From: a virus
Taxonomy: Duplodnaviria; Caudoviricetes
Strand: one strand, 5' to 3'
IMG/VR virus record: IMGVR_UViG_3300024283_000001
Location: 1,554 to 65,553 of that record
Length of the DNA: 64,000 nucleotides
Each line of letters starts with the position of its first letter. Within the stretch, counting starts at the first letter, position 1. Below, one piece after another: positions 9,538 through 18,141 of this stretch. Both the position numbers and the translations under genes were made by a program. The notes under the pieces were generated by a model. It saw only the letters and a list, made by a program, of their open reading frames with translations, made no database searches and was not told the DNA's origin.

Positions 9538-10878
9538 TTAGCTCGTCACGGAAGGCACGGCCGCGTTCGAAATGAACACGCCAGCCTTCATGTTCGAGTT
9601 GAAGAGGTTCAAAAACGCGTTGTAGAAGAAAATCGAAGAGGTCAGGTAGCTGCCCTGGCCGACGTAGTCCGGGATCGGCATCGTGGTGACACCGTCTCCG
9701 AAATCGTACAGCGAAGGCTCGACCGTCTCGATGATCCCCCACGTCTCCGGGCAAATTGCATCCAGGCGTCCCGCCTTCGCGGTGTAGCTCACGTTCAGTG
9801 GGCGTCCACCGTAGGTCGGGGCCATGTGCTTTTTCACCATGTCCAGCGCTTTGTCGCCAGGCGGCACGTAGTTCTGCGTGAGGACGTTCGTGTAAAGCTG
9901 CGTCACGGCCAGTTCCTGGTCGGGTCCGCAAATCCACTCGAAGTCCGCGACAGCTTCGTTGTCCGCACCGAGGCCGCGGCCGATCAGAATCTCGGCCTTG
10001 TAAGCATCGGTCATGTTGATCGCCGCCGTGGCTTTGTTGATGTTCGGCGTCGAGAGTTGGCCCGGATAGGTGGACCGGGAAAGGTTCAGGATGGTGCCGG
10101 TATTCGAAGACACCTGGTAGGTGTAAACGCCGGCGAGCCCGGAGTTCAGTGCGCCGGTGCTGCCCTGAATCATGACGAAATCGCCGGTGGAAGTGCTCGT
10201 CGGCAGAGCCGTCGAGAAATACACCGTGTCGTTCGCGCCATCGACGTAGGACACCGTCGCGGTGGAAGGCGTGATGCGAGCCGAACCACCCTCGGTTGGG
10301 AAGAACTGAACAACTTGCTGTTCCTGGAACTGGTTTGCCTGGCCACCGAGGCCCACGATCGAGGACGGGTTGGCGCCGCCGAGCGTGTTGTTATTGATTG
10401 TCGCGGTGGAAGGGATCTGGAGGATGGCGCCGGAACCGTCACTCAGGAACTGAGCATCCAGCCCCTGCATGAATTGGTTGAAAGAATTCTTCAACTCTTC
10501 GGCACGCAGACTGATCAAGCTGCGCTTCGGGCCTTGCGTTGCAATCCGGGCGAGATACGTGATCTCGCATCCGGCAAACAAACCGATCGGCGAAAGATCT
10601 CCCGCAACCCACAAGGAGCCAGTCCCGCGTCCCAGGGCGTCACCGTTGCCGGTCGCCTGGAAAATGGCCGAACCAGACTGCATTCGGACAGGAATACGGA
10701 ACGACGGACGCGACACGCCACCAGCTTGTGTGGTGACGGAGGTCGGATACGTCTTGCTCTTTTTCTTAATGAAGTTGTAGACCGTGTGGCCTTTGTAGAC
10801 CAGGTCCGGGATTCCCTTCGCAAAATTCTCTAGCTCAACGGCCTCAACAGCCGCTTCTGCCAGTGGATTCGCTGCCAT
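9538..10878 (-). CDS. Major capsid protein, 446 aa
   Basis: Follows portal and scaffold; own promoter and downstream hairpin; size and composition typical of HK97-fold capsids. Confidence 0.8.
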   Translation of the reverse strand: MAANPLAEAAVEAVELENFAKGIPDLVYKGHTVYNFIKKKSKTYPTSVTTQAGGVSRPSFRIPVRMQSGSAIFQATGNGDALGRGTGSLWVAGDLSPIGLFAGCEITYLARIATQGPKRSLISLRAEELKNSFNQFMQGLDAQFLSDGSGAILQIPSTATINNNTLGGANPSSIVGLGGQANQFQEQQVVQFFPTEGGSARITPSTATVSYVDGANDTVYFSTALPTSTSTGDFVMIQGSTGALNSGLAGVYTYQVSSNTGTILNLSRSTYPGQLSTPNINKATAAINMTDAYKAEILIGRGLGADNEAVADFEWICGPDQELAVTQLYTNVLTQNYVPPGDKALDMVKKHMAPTYGGRPLNVSYTAKAGRLDAICPETWGIIETVEPSLYDFGDGVTTMPIPDYVGQGSYLTSSIFFYNAFLNLFNSNMKAGVFISNAAVPSVTS

Positions 10879-10885
10879 ATTGGGA

Positions 10886-10998
10886 ACCTCTGCATTAGCT
10901 CAACGATGGCCGCTCCCCGCGCGAGCATGTTGGCAACCTACGCGCATTCAAGCACGCAGATGTGTCGATCCCCCGATGTGCTTTGGAACAATGCAGAG
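10886..10998 (-). promoter_or_regulatory. Structured 5' leader of capsid mRNA occluding the SD
   Basis: CTCTGCATT (10998-10990) pairs with AATGCAGAG (10896-10888), which overlaps the GAGG SD; internal AAGCAC/GTGCTT and GCGCG/CGCGC stems. Confidence 0.55.
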
Positions 10999-11047
10999 TC
11001 GGCGTCTATTATTTTCCGGCTTGCGCGGAGCGTCTCTGTGTGTGGAG

Positions 11048-11077
11048 AAAGTACACCCGCAGCTTTACCGATGTCAA
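11048..11077 (-). promoter_or_regulatory. Sigma70-type promoter for capsid gene
   Basis: TTGACA-N18-TACTTT with upstream A7 tract. Confidence 0.6.
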
Positions 11078-11093
11078 AGTGTTTTTTTGGAAC

Positions 11094-11266
11094 TGGAGCT
11101 CCGGGTGGGATTTGAACCTCGCCAATTCTTGCGAATCGGCGCGCGGTAGCGACCCGCCCACGACCCCTCGGTTATTACCGAGTGCTCTCGCGGGGCCTGG
11201 TCTCCGTTGCAATCAACCGCAATTGACCGCATGTGATCAGACCCCGCGCCACTGAGCTACCGGAGC
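11094..11266 (-). ncRNA. tRNA-like RNA with 60-nt D-loop and 40-nt T-arm insertions and a 6-nt anticodon loop
   Basis: Acceptor GCTCCGG/CCGGAGC+T+CCA, D stem GCTC/GAGC, AC stem CTCGG/CCGAG, T stem GTGGG/CCCAC with TTCAAAT all intact. Confidence 0.8.
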
Positions 11267-11275
11267 AAACCCGTT

Positions 11276-11734
11276 TTAGCCAGCGGTCTGCACGAAGTCG
11301 ATTGCCGTCAGCGGAGGAGGAGCCGGCTCGGTCACTGTGATCGAGTGGCTGTTGCTGACAGTTCCGACCGCGGGGTCAGAAGACTGTGCACTGATAGAAA
11401 GCGTGAAACCCGTAACGGTGCTGCCGACAGGAGCAGTTACATCGCAAGAAAGTCCATCGGCGCTCGGCGAAAGAACGATGCTCGAGTCGTTCGCGGACCA
11501 CTGCGGTACTGTTCCGGGCGCCTGGGCGCCGTTCGGGGGAGTGAGTTGCGCGGTGAAAGTTCCTGCCGCGCCACGAACGATTGAGAAATCCATACAGCCT
11601 CCAGCTTGAATGAAATCGATCTTTTTGAGAGCAATCCACCGAAGAAGACGCTTCACGTCGTCATGAACGCATTCTAGTTCGCGCTCAATTCGCTTCAGCC
11701 GTTCTTTTTCTTCGTGGTCGAAATGACAGAACAC
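11276..11734 (-). CDS. Ig-like beta protein, possible capsid decoration; second start likely at 11593 (MDFSIV)
   Basis: Beta-rich C-terminal 105 aa; GGAGG SD before ATG at 11593. Confidence 0.6.
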   Translation of the reverse strand: MFCHFDHEEKERLKRIERELECVHDDVKRLLRWIALKKIDFIQAGGCMDFSIVRGAAGTFTAQLTPPNGAQAPGTVPQWSANDSSIVLSPSADGLSCDVTAPVGSTVTGFTLSISAQSSDPAVGTVSNSHSITVTEPAPPPLTAIDFVQTAG

Positions 11735-11762
11735 GCGGAAATCCTACAGGACAACATCGAAG

Positions 11763-11889
11763 GGCACAACAGAAAAAATGGAGCACGCGTGTTCTGACTC
11801 GATGGTCGAACCACCTAAGGAATCAAAGGGGCCACGTGCTCCATCCCGTATTCTCGGAGAGCCTGCCAGGGCCTCTCCTTTGTTGCGCC
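11763..11889 (-). ncRNA. Three-way-junction structured RNA between scaffold and decoration gene
   Basis: Closing helix GGCGCAACA/TGTTGTGCC, hairpin GGAGAG/CTCTCC, 10-bp helix ATGGAGCACG/CGTGCTCCAT with further inner stems. Confidence 0.55.
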
Positions 11890-11894
11890 GTACT

Positions 11895-13364
11895 CTACCT
11901 TTCCACCTTTGCCCAGTCAAACTTAATCCGCTTGCCGTTCTTCAGGATCGCCTCGCCCGTTCCGCGGCCGATGTGATACATGGCCTCGGTCGTTTTGGTC
12001 CAGTCGATCTCATCAGGTCTCGGCAGCTTTGATACCAGGGTGACGCCAGCGGCTCCTTTACCTGCCCCTGCCGCCGCCCCAGTCCCGTTTGCCGCACCGT
12101 TGGCCCCCGCGGCCGCACCGTTGGCCTTACCTGCGCCGGCAGCCACCTTTGTGCCACCCCGGGTGTAATTGGGATACATAGCGTCCCGCAAGGCCCGGAA
12201 GTGCTGCGGCAAGAGTTCGGCGAATTTGGCGCTCACAAACCGTGCGGTGCGGCCAGCATCGCCTTTCGCCTTCAGGGCGTTGCCGGCACGTTGGAAGGCT
12301 TTGTCATCGCGCATCGTTTTCCAGATCCGCGAGTTTAGGGCGTTGATGAATTCACGTCGGCCTTCCGGCTTCAACTTGAGATCTTTGAAGAAAGGCTCGG
12401 CCAGGCGCGCGGTCGCCGTGTTGTTCAGTTTATTTACGTCGGCCGAAATCTGACCTTCGTAGATTTTCTGTTTCTCGGTCGCCACTTCCGCGCGGTCCCG
12501 GTTGAGTGCTTCGCGCTCTGGATCCACGGTCTTTCGCGTCGAGGCCTGTTTCTCTGCGAGTGACTTCGCATTGTTCAGCCACTTCCGAATGTCCTGGGTG
12601 AGATCCCAGGCTTCCTGGCCCTTGCCTTCTTTTATCAGCGCATCCAGCTTGTCCAGCGAAGAATACATGCCGGCTTTCTCGAGCCGCGGCACCATCGCCG
12701 GCAGCAGGACGTTGTCGAGCATCGCCGGCGACTTCTCCATGATTAGCGCCAGGCCGTTGGTGATGGAAGTGGCGAAGGCTTCGGGATTGGAAGTGTGGAG
12801 CTCCTGGAGCAAGGCAGGGTCGCCGTTTGCGAACTGTGTGGTCTCGCGACGGTAATCCTCGACCTCATTCTGGATTTCGGTGAGTCCTTCTTCACCACCG
12901 ACCGCTTCAAGCGTCGCAGTCATCTGCCGCACTCTGTTTACGGCATCGCTGAGATTTGTTGCGCCGACTTCCTTGACGATCGCCTGGCCACGGCCGTGGT
13001 CGGCAAAGAGCCGCTTTGCAGCTTCGGGGTTTACTTTCTTAAATGCGGCCAGCGCCTCGCGCGTTTTCGCGTCGATCTTTCGGCCATCCGCAGTATCAAA
13101 CTCGTCGGCTTCTGGTTCGGGCTCGCCTTCACCCGCACCGGCGCCTTCGTCGCCAATCTCCCCTGCACCTTCACCTTCGCCCTCGCCCTCGCCGGCGCCG
13201 GCAGCATCCCCGCCTTCGCCAGCACCCCCATCTTCTCCAGGCGCTCCAGCTCCTTCACCAGCGCCCTCACCTGCTCCAGCGCCCGGGTCATTTCCTGCTC
13301 CAGCATCGCCACCAGGTGTGCCATCTGCGACCGCCGTTCCTACTCCTGCCAATACGTCGTCCAT
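11895..13364 (-). CDS. Putative scaffolding protein, 489 aa
   Basis: Between portal and capsid; acidic GEGAG-repeat N-terminus, helical core, short basic C-terminal motif. Confidence 0.65.
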   Translation of the reverse strand: MDDVLAGVGTAVADGTPGGDAGAGNDPGAGAGEGAGEGAGAPGEDGGAGEGGDAAGAGEGEGEGEGAGEIGDEGAGAGEGEPEPEADEFDTADGRKIDAKTREALAAFKKVNPEAAKRLFADHGRGQAIVKEVGATNLSDAVNRVRQMTATLEAVGGEEGLTEIQNEVEDYRRETTQFANGDPALLQELHTSNPEAFATSITNGLALIMEKSPAMLDNVLLPAMVPRLEKAGMYSSLDKLDALIKEGKGQEAWDLTQDIRKWLNNAKSLAEKQASTRKTVDPEREALNRDRAEVATEKQKIYEGQISADVNKLNNTATARLAEPFFKDLKLKPEGRREFINALNSRIWKTMRDDKAFQRAGNALKAKGDAGRTARFVSAKFAELLPQHFRALRDAMYPNYTRGGTKVAAGAGKANGAAAGANGAANGTGAAAGAGKGAAGVTLVSKLPRPDEIDWTKTTEAMYHIGRGTGEAILKNGKRIKFDWAKVER

Positions 13365-13385
13365 CTCTTCCTCCCGATATTTGTC

Positions 13386-16007
13386 TTAGTGCTTTGGTGG
13401 ACCGCCAGCGCCTTCCGGCACACTGCCCGGGATCGGTGCTGCGGGTGGTTTTGCAGCTTCACCGGCCGGAACAGGAGGCGGTGCTGCTGCCCCTGGGGAG
13501 GGAGAAATCCCGGCCTTCTGCAAAATCTGATCAGACGCGCCCTTGTCGAGCATGGCGACATCCTTGTATCCGATGCTGACGCTCGGCGGCTTGCCGGGCT
13601 GTCCAGCGGCCGCGGCCTTCGCCTGGGCTGCTGCGACGTGTGCATCGTAGTGGAGGCAGACGTTTTCGAATCCATCGGGATTCGATCGCTTCGCGCGCCG
13701 GCCTTCATCCGAATTGATGAACTGCCAGCAAGTCAACGCCTCGGTGTCGTTATCCTCACGCTGCGCGTCGATCGGCAGCGAAGTAGTTTCCTGGGGCATC
13801 GCCTGGATTTGCTGCTCGGCTTGCTGCAGTTCGGCCGGATCCACGCCGGCCGCCTTCATCTGCTCAACCTTCTGCGTGAGCATCTCTACCTGGGGATTCG
13901 GAACGGGCGTCGTTTTCAACATAACTTCGATTTCGCCAAGCTGCTTATTCCGTGAGGCCACCTGCGGGATGTAGAAATCAGACATCCCAAACATGTTCTG
14001 CAGAACTTCCAGGTTCGAAGCGTTGAAGAAGACCTCAAGCAGTTGTGGATTCTTCGAGGCGTCGTTGAAAATCTGCATCAGCGCGTTCTTCCGCTGAGTG
14101 TAGGTCTCCGGGAAGTTCTCGTCGCTCTCGGCAAAGACCATGATGTTGCTTTTCAGGTCGTTGATTTCGAGCGTGATTATTTCCCCACCAGGCACGCGTT
14201 CGTTGATCGACTTGTCGCGGCACTTGGCTGCCCATCGCACAAGCTGCTTCATCGATGTGGCTTCGGCGTTCTTCATCTGGTGCCAGGTCGGTGCTAGACG
14301 GCCGAGGGCGCTATCCCGTTGCGTAGCGATAGCGACCCCTGAATCGGCCGTTCCCACGTCTCCACCAGCGAGAGCAGGGTACGCACCACTGAGCAGTTCC
14401 GCCAAAGGCCCTGAATACTCTTTGATGAACTCGGCTAGATTGGCCGGTGGATTCACGGCCGGCTCGACGAAGATCAACTCGTTCACTGGCGTGCCGGGCT
14501 GCCGTTTGAAAGATCCGATATCGCCAGGCACGTTCGTCTGCTGCCGAATGGCGTCGACGGCGAAAACCTTCGAGTCCATCCACTTCTTCGGGATCGTGCG
14601 CACGAAGATATCGTTGATCAAATCGAGCCAGTTGTTCAGCCGCTTCTGGACCGGCAGCGTCGAAGTGCCCATCGCATTCCGGTTTTGTCCATCGCCAGAG
14701 TACGCCTGGCCCACTGCCCAGGAGTCGTCCATCGATTCGTTCCGCGCAAAGCAGAATGTCTCGCCGGCATAGCAGACAAAGCAGCCATTCGGAAACATCT
14801 CGATCAATTCGTCGCGCTTCGTTTCATCCGCGATTCCCATCAGCGCGCTCGGCCGTAGCCAAGCCCTCTTGACGGTGACGTCCGCAGCGATGGAATCGCT
14901 CGTCACATACGTCGACTGCATCCCGAGTTTTACGTTTTGCCGGGCAAGCCGCGCGATCTCTCCAGAAGCCGTCGCAGAGTTTGTCGCCGCTTTGATATCG
15001 TTCGCCACCCACGGGAACATGCCGCGCGCCCTGGATTCGTCGACCTCACACTCGTAAATCAGGACGTCGACTTCGTTCAGGTCATTTGCCATCATCGGCG
15101 ATAGTTTCACTTCCAACTTGCCGTGCGCGGTCCGTATTTCCTGGCCGCGAGGCGTGCGCTTCACTGGTGTTTCTTCTTCTTCCTCTTCGACTCCTTCCTG
15201 CTCTCCTTCCCCTTCTGAGGGGCCAAAATCGGAAGTCTCTAGCGGTGGCTCGCCCGGGCGCTCCTGGCCTGGTGTCTCTTCCTGAGCAGTCTCAGCAGAT
15301 TCCGGCGTCGCAGCAGCAGCAGCGCCTTCAATCGGCGTTGGCGAAGGACCTGGCTCATTTTCCGGGACCAAATCATCAGGCTCGTCGTCCTCTTCCCAAC
15401 CAAATCTCTGACCGTCTTTCACGAAACGCGACCAGTACAGGAACCTTCCATCTGTCCAGAGATACCGCGAGGCGTCGGTTTGGATCTGAATCAGGTCGTT
15501 GTTCCTGGCGATCACCTTCACGAACTTCTCAGCGGATTCGGCCGCGGTGATCTGTGCATCGGAATCGGCGCGTTGTGGGGCGAATCGCACGTTGGGCACA
15601 GTCCGCGTTAAGGCCGCGATAATCATCTGTGCGCGTGCGGAGTAAATATTCGTTGGCAGTAGGGCGAGGTCCATCTGCATCGACGGTCCGTAGCCGCTCG
15701 ACTCGCCAGGGATCACCCATCCACCGCCACGCTGCGGAATCAGGAACTGGAAGCCGCGGTAGAAGAGTGCCGCTTCCCAAGTCTGAATCACTTCAATCAG
15801 GCGCGCAGGATAGTCCCGCTTCTCGTGTTTCTTCACGAGTTCTTTCAGCAAGTTTTTCTGTTGGTCGTCGAGCTCTGCGTTCGGGACGGGCGACCACTCG
15901 AGGCCGGCGAGGACACCTATGCCGTACTTGGGCTCATCGTGATCGGTTGGGTCTCGGCCGTCTTTCTCTTCGGGCTCGGCCACAGCCGCTTCGGTTTTGA
16001 ATGCCAC
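13386..16007 (-). CDS. Portal protein, 873 aa
   Basis: Large helical protein between terminase block and scaffold; Q/A/P-rich C-terminal barrel-like tail; acidic insert near aa 205-285. Confidence 0.75.
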   Translation of the reverse strand: MAFKTEAAVAEPEEKDGRDPTDHDEPKYGIGVLAGLEWSPVPNAELDDQQKNLLKELVKKHEKRDYPARLIEVIQTWEAALFYRGFQFLIPQRGGGWVIPGESSGYGPSMQMDLALLPTNIYSARAQMIIAALTRTVPNVRFAPQRADSDAQITAAESAEKFVKVIARNNDLIQIQTDASRYLWTDGRFLYWSRFVKDGQRFGWEEDDEPDDLVPENEPGPSPTPIEGAAAAATPESAETAQEETPGQERPGEPPLETSDFGPSEGEGEQEGVEEEEEETPVKRTPRGQEIRTAHGKLEVKLSPMMANDLNEVDVLIYECEVDESRARGMFPWVANDIKAATNSATASGEIARLARQNVKLGMQSTYVTSDSIAADVTVKRAWLRPSALMGIADETKRDELIEMFPNGCFVCYAGETFCFARNESMDDSWAVGQAYSGDGQNRNAMGTSTLPVQKRLNNWLDLINDIFVRTIPKKWMDSKVFAVDAIRQQTNVPGDIGSFKRQPGTPVNELIFVEPAVNPPANLAEFIKEYSGPLAELLSGAYPALAGGDVGTADSGVAIATQRDSALGRLAPTWHQMKNAEATSMKQLVRWAAKCRDKSINERVPGGEIITLEINDLKSNIMVFAESDENFPETYTQRKNALMQIFNDASKNPQLLEVFFNASNLEVLQNMFGMSDFYIPQVASRNKQLGEIEVMLKTTPVPNPQVEMLTQKVEQMKAAGVDPAELQQAEQQIQAMPQETTSLPIDAQREDNDTEALTCWQFINSDEGRRAKRSNPDGFENVCLHYDAHVAAAQAKAAAAGQPGKPPSVSIGYKDVAMLDKGASDQILQKAGISPSPGAAAPPPVPAGEAAKPPAAPIPGSVPEGAGGPPKH

Positions 16008-16019
16008 AGAACCCCTCGA

Positions 16020-16220
16020 CTAGGAAGCGTGATGGTGCCGTGCGCTTGCAAACGCCAGCGCCAGGCGTGCGCGCTTTCCTACCTTGCCACTCGAGTGCTT
16101 GTGCTCTTCGGCGAACTCGTGCGTACTCTTGCCGGCGCGCTTTGCCGCTGAACTAAACACGCCTTCGGTGCCGCGGTGCTTGATTCCGCTAGAAACTTTC
16201 TGCATCCATCGCCCTGCCAT
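16020..16220 (-). CDS. Small basic phage protein, 66 aa
   Basis: W.QK...GKVGKRARLALAF pattern recalled from small basic genes near portals. Confidence 0.6.
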   Translation of the reverse strand: MAGRWMQKVSSGIKHRGTEGVFSSAAKRAGKSTHEFAEEHKHSSGKVGKRARLALAFASARHHHAS

Positions 16221-16229
16221 GATCGCCTC

Positions 16230-16454
16230 CTACTTCTTTCGATCGACATACTCGCAGCAGCCGCCTGGTTCGACGAGAACATCGCCGCTCGGTAGCCGCT
16301 CGCGTTCGGATTTCTCTTTCATGTCTTCCTGGCTGCAGCCATCGGTCGATGGGTTGAAGTACTCGCAGTTCGAACAGCGAAAGGCGCCACCTTCCGGGCC
16401 TTCATAACCCGTGCCCTTCTCGCCTTTGATGGCCGATTCGTTGAGTTCCATCAC
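16230..16454 (-). CDS. HiPIP-like four-Cys protein, 74 aa
   Basis: GYEG...CSNCEYF...C...VEPGGCCEY; Cys spacing resembles high-potential iron-sulfur proteins. Confidence 0.5.
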   Translation of the reverse strand: MMELNESAIKGEKGTGYEGPEGGAFRCSNCEYFNPSTDGCSQEDMKEKSERERLPSGDVLVEPGGCCEYVDRKK

Positions 16455-16774
16455 TCATCCAATCCGACGATTTTCGCCACCACTCGATTATCGGCCGCGC
16501 GCAAATGGATCTCGCCCTTCGGAATAAACCTATCGACGCGAACCGGCATTCCAGAGAGAAGCTGCTGGTGCTTGTTGATGGTCACGTCTTTCCTCGGAGG
16601 ATCCGCCTTCGCGTAGAGCGTCTCGATTTTGCGGAGCATCTTTTCGCTGCAAGCAATATACGCGACGCCGTCCTTGGGATTTTTCTCGTTCCACTTCGTT
16701 GCGGCAAAGCTGGCCATCTGCGGAGAAATAAATGCACCGTTGGCGTTGACCTCGACGGCTTCGTTCTCGTTCAT
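16451..16774 (-). CDS. Hypothetical protein, 107 aa
   Basis: Coupled by 4-nt overlap to the next gene. Confidence 0.65.
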   Translation of the reverse strand: MNENEAVEVNANGAFISPQMASFAATKWNEKNPKDGVAYIACSEKMLRKIETLYAKADPPRKDVTINKHQQLLSGMPVRVDRFIPKGEIHLRAADNRVVAKIVGLDE

Positions 16775-16942
16775 CGTCTTGCCTTTCGGAACGCTTGGGC
16801 CATCCGCGAGGAGCCCTTGCGTTGGTGAATCATCGAAGGATCGGCGTGGGCCTCCGCTTTATCTTTCTCCTTTTGAGCAGCGGTGAGCGGAGACGAACTG
16901 CTCATAAGGTAGCGGAACTGCCGATTGGTCCACGGCATGGAG

Positions 16943-17419
16943 TTAGGCGAGGCCGGGGATGCGGCCGCTGGCGCGCGATTCTTCCGCGGCTTCGGTTTCC
17001 GGGGTCTCGTAATCTTCGTGATCGGGCGATTCCTGGCCAGCAGCCATCGCCGCGCCCATGTGATCGTGCGCGGCGCCGGCGCTTTCGTGCTCGGAGTGGT
17101 GCATGTTCTGCCCCATGCCGCCGTGGTGCGAAGTCACGTGGTGTTTGCCCTCGTGTTCGGCGTGGAAAACATGCGTTGCCGGCCCGTGCTGTTCGACGTG
17201 TTCGGCGACTGGTGTTTCCGTGGGAGTTTGATGCGGACCCGGCATGTGCGGATGACTCTGCGGGATTGCTCCACCCTTCGTGGCGGCTGCCGGATCGCCA
17301 CTCTCGGGCTTCTTCATCGGTGTTACCGTCGCTTTGCCCTTCCCTTCGGAAAGCTGGTCATGAAGGCTTGCGCGGCTCGCCGAGTGGTGCCTCGTCCCGT
17401 CCTTCGCGTGAACTGCCAT
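16943..17419 (-). CDS. His-rich low-complexity protein, about 158 aa (start MAVHAKDG)
   Basis: GAGGGAG SD before ATG 17419; dense H/E segment. Confidence 0.65.
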   Translation of the reverse strand: MAVHAKDGTRHHSASRASLHDQLSEGKGKATVTPMKKPESGDPAAATKGGAIPQSHPHMPGPHQTPTETPVAEHVEQHGPATHVFHAEHEGKHHVTSHHGGMGQNMHHSEHESAGAAHDHMGAAMAAGQESPDHEDYETPETEAAEESRASGRIPGLA

Positions 17420-17867
17420 CGGTTGCTCCCTCAGCAGGCATAGGCCGCGTGAATTTGTCACGCGCTGCCTTCTCCTGCGCTGCGATTTCTCTTGCAAGTA
17501 CCCGCTGCCAGGGAGTGCCGGCGAAGACTGCTTCGGACGGCGATGGGGGCGGGGTCTTATCGGGCTCGAGTTCGATATTTTTCAGTGCTGGAATCACGAG
17601 AAGCTGCAACCGCTTGGCGTCTTCCCGCAATCTCTGGTTCTCTTCTATAACACGGAACAACTCTGCGGCGTGAGTCTTTTTCGTTTCAGCGAGTTCCCGC
17701 ATAGCCTCGTACTGAATGGTTTGGTTCAGGGATTCGAGGCGCGCGAGTTCCTTCTCGTGTTTTTCCTGCGTCTCCAAACGGATGGCTTCGTGGCGTACCT
17801 CGCTCGCAAGATGCTCGCGCTCGAGCCAGTCGACGTGCCGATTACGAAAGAAATCTCTCAAGGACAC
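17358..17867 (-). CDS. Coiled-coil hypothetical protein (start GTG 17867)
   Basis: AGGAAGG SD; E/K/L/A heptads. Confidence 0.6.
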   Translation of the reverse strand: MSLRDFFRNRHVDWLEREHLASEVRHEAIRLETQEKHEKELARLESLNQTIQYEAMRELAETKKTHAAELFRVIEENQRLREDAKRLQLLVIPALKNIELEPDKTPPPSPSEAVFAGTPWQRVLAREIAAQEKAARDKFTRPMPAEGATDGSSREGRDEAPLGEPRKPS

Positions 17868-18141
17868 GATTGACCTTCCTTTCGGTTTCCCTTTGATGCG
17901 CGAACACGGAAGCTGCAGTGCGACTGTTGAAATCCCCATATAGTTCAGGATAAAAATGGCCTGTCGTGTAGTGAAGGTATGTCAACCCATCCAAATTGGG
18001 AAAAAATGGAATTTCGACGAGCGTTCCGGCCCAATACCGTTTTGGCGGCAGAAAGATTTTGCGGAAGGGCCACACCTCGGACGGTAGAGCCGTGGCAGCG
18101 GCGACGCCCAACATCGCGCGTAGAAAACTACGTCTTTCCAT
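17842..18141 (-). CDS. Protein with twin-arginine-like signal peptide, 99 aa
   Basis: MERRSFLRAMLGVAAATALP. Confidence 0.55.
   Translation of the reverse strand: MERRSFLRAMLGVAAATALPSEVWPFRKIFLPPKRYWAGTLVEIPFFPNLDGLTYLHYTTGHFYPELYGDFNSRTAASVFAHQRETERKVNRVLERFLS

Noticed and set aside
11094-11266. Interpretation as tmRNA, Y RNA, group I intron-containing tRNA or attP remnant
   Set aside because: No tag ORF; acceptor stem with CCA retained; inserts far too short for self-splicing introns and not in the anticodon loop; both halves intact and no integrase nearby
13100-13330. GGCGAAGGC-type repeats as a CRISPR or DNA repeat array
   Set aside because: Coding repeats of Gly-Glu-Gly-Ala in the scaffold; no constant repeat-spacer period. 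No CRISPR array seen anywhere in the window
15978-16007. Portal N-terminus TEAAVAE resembling capsid AEAAVEA
   Set aside because: Only four low-complexity residues match; likely chance
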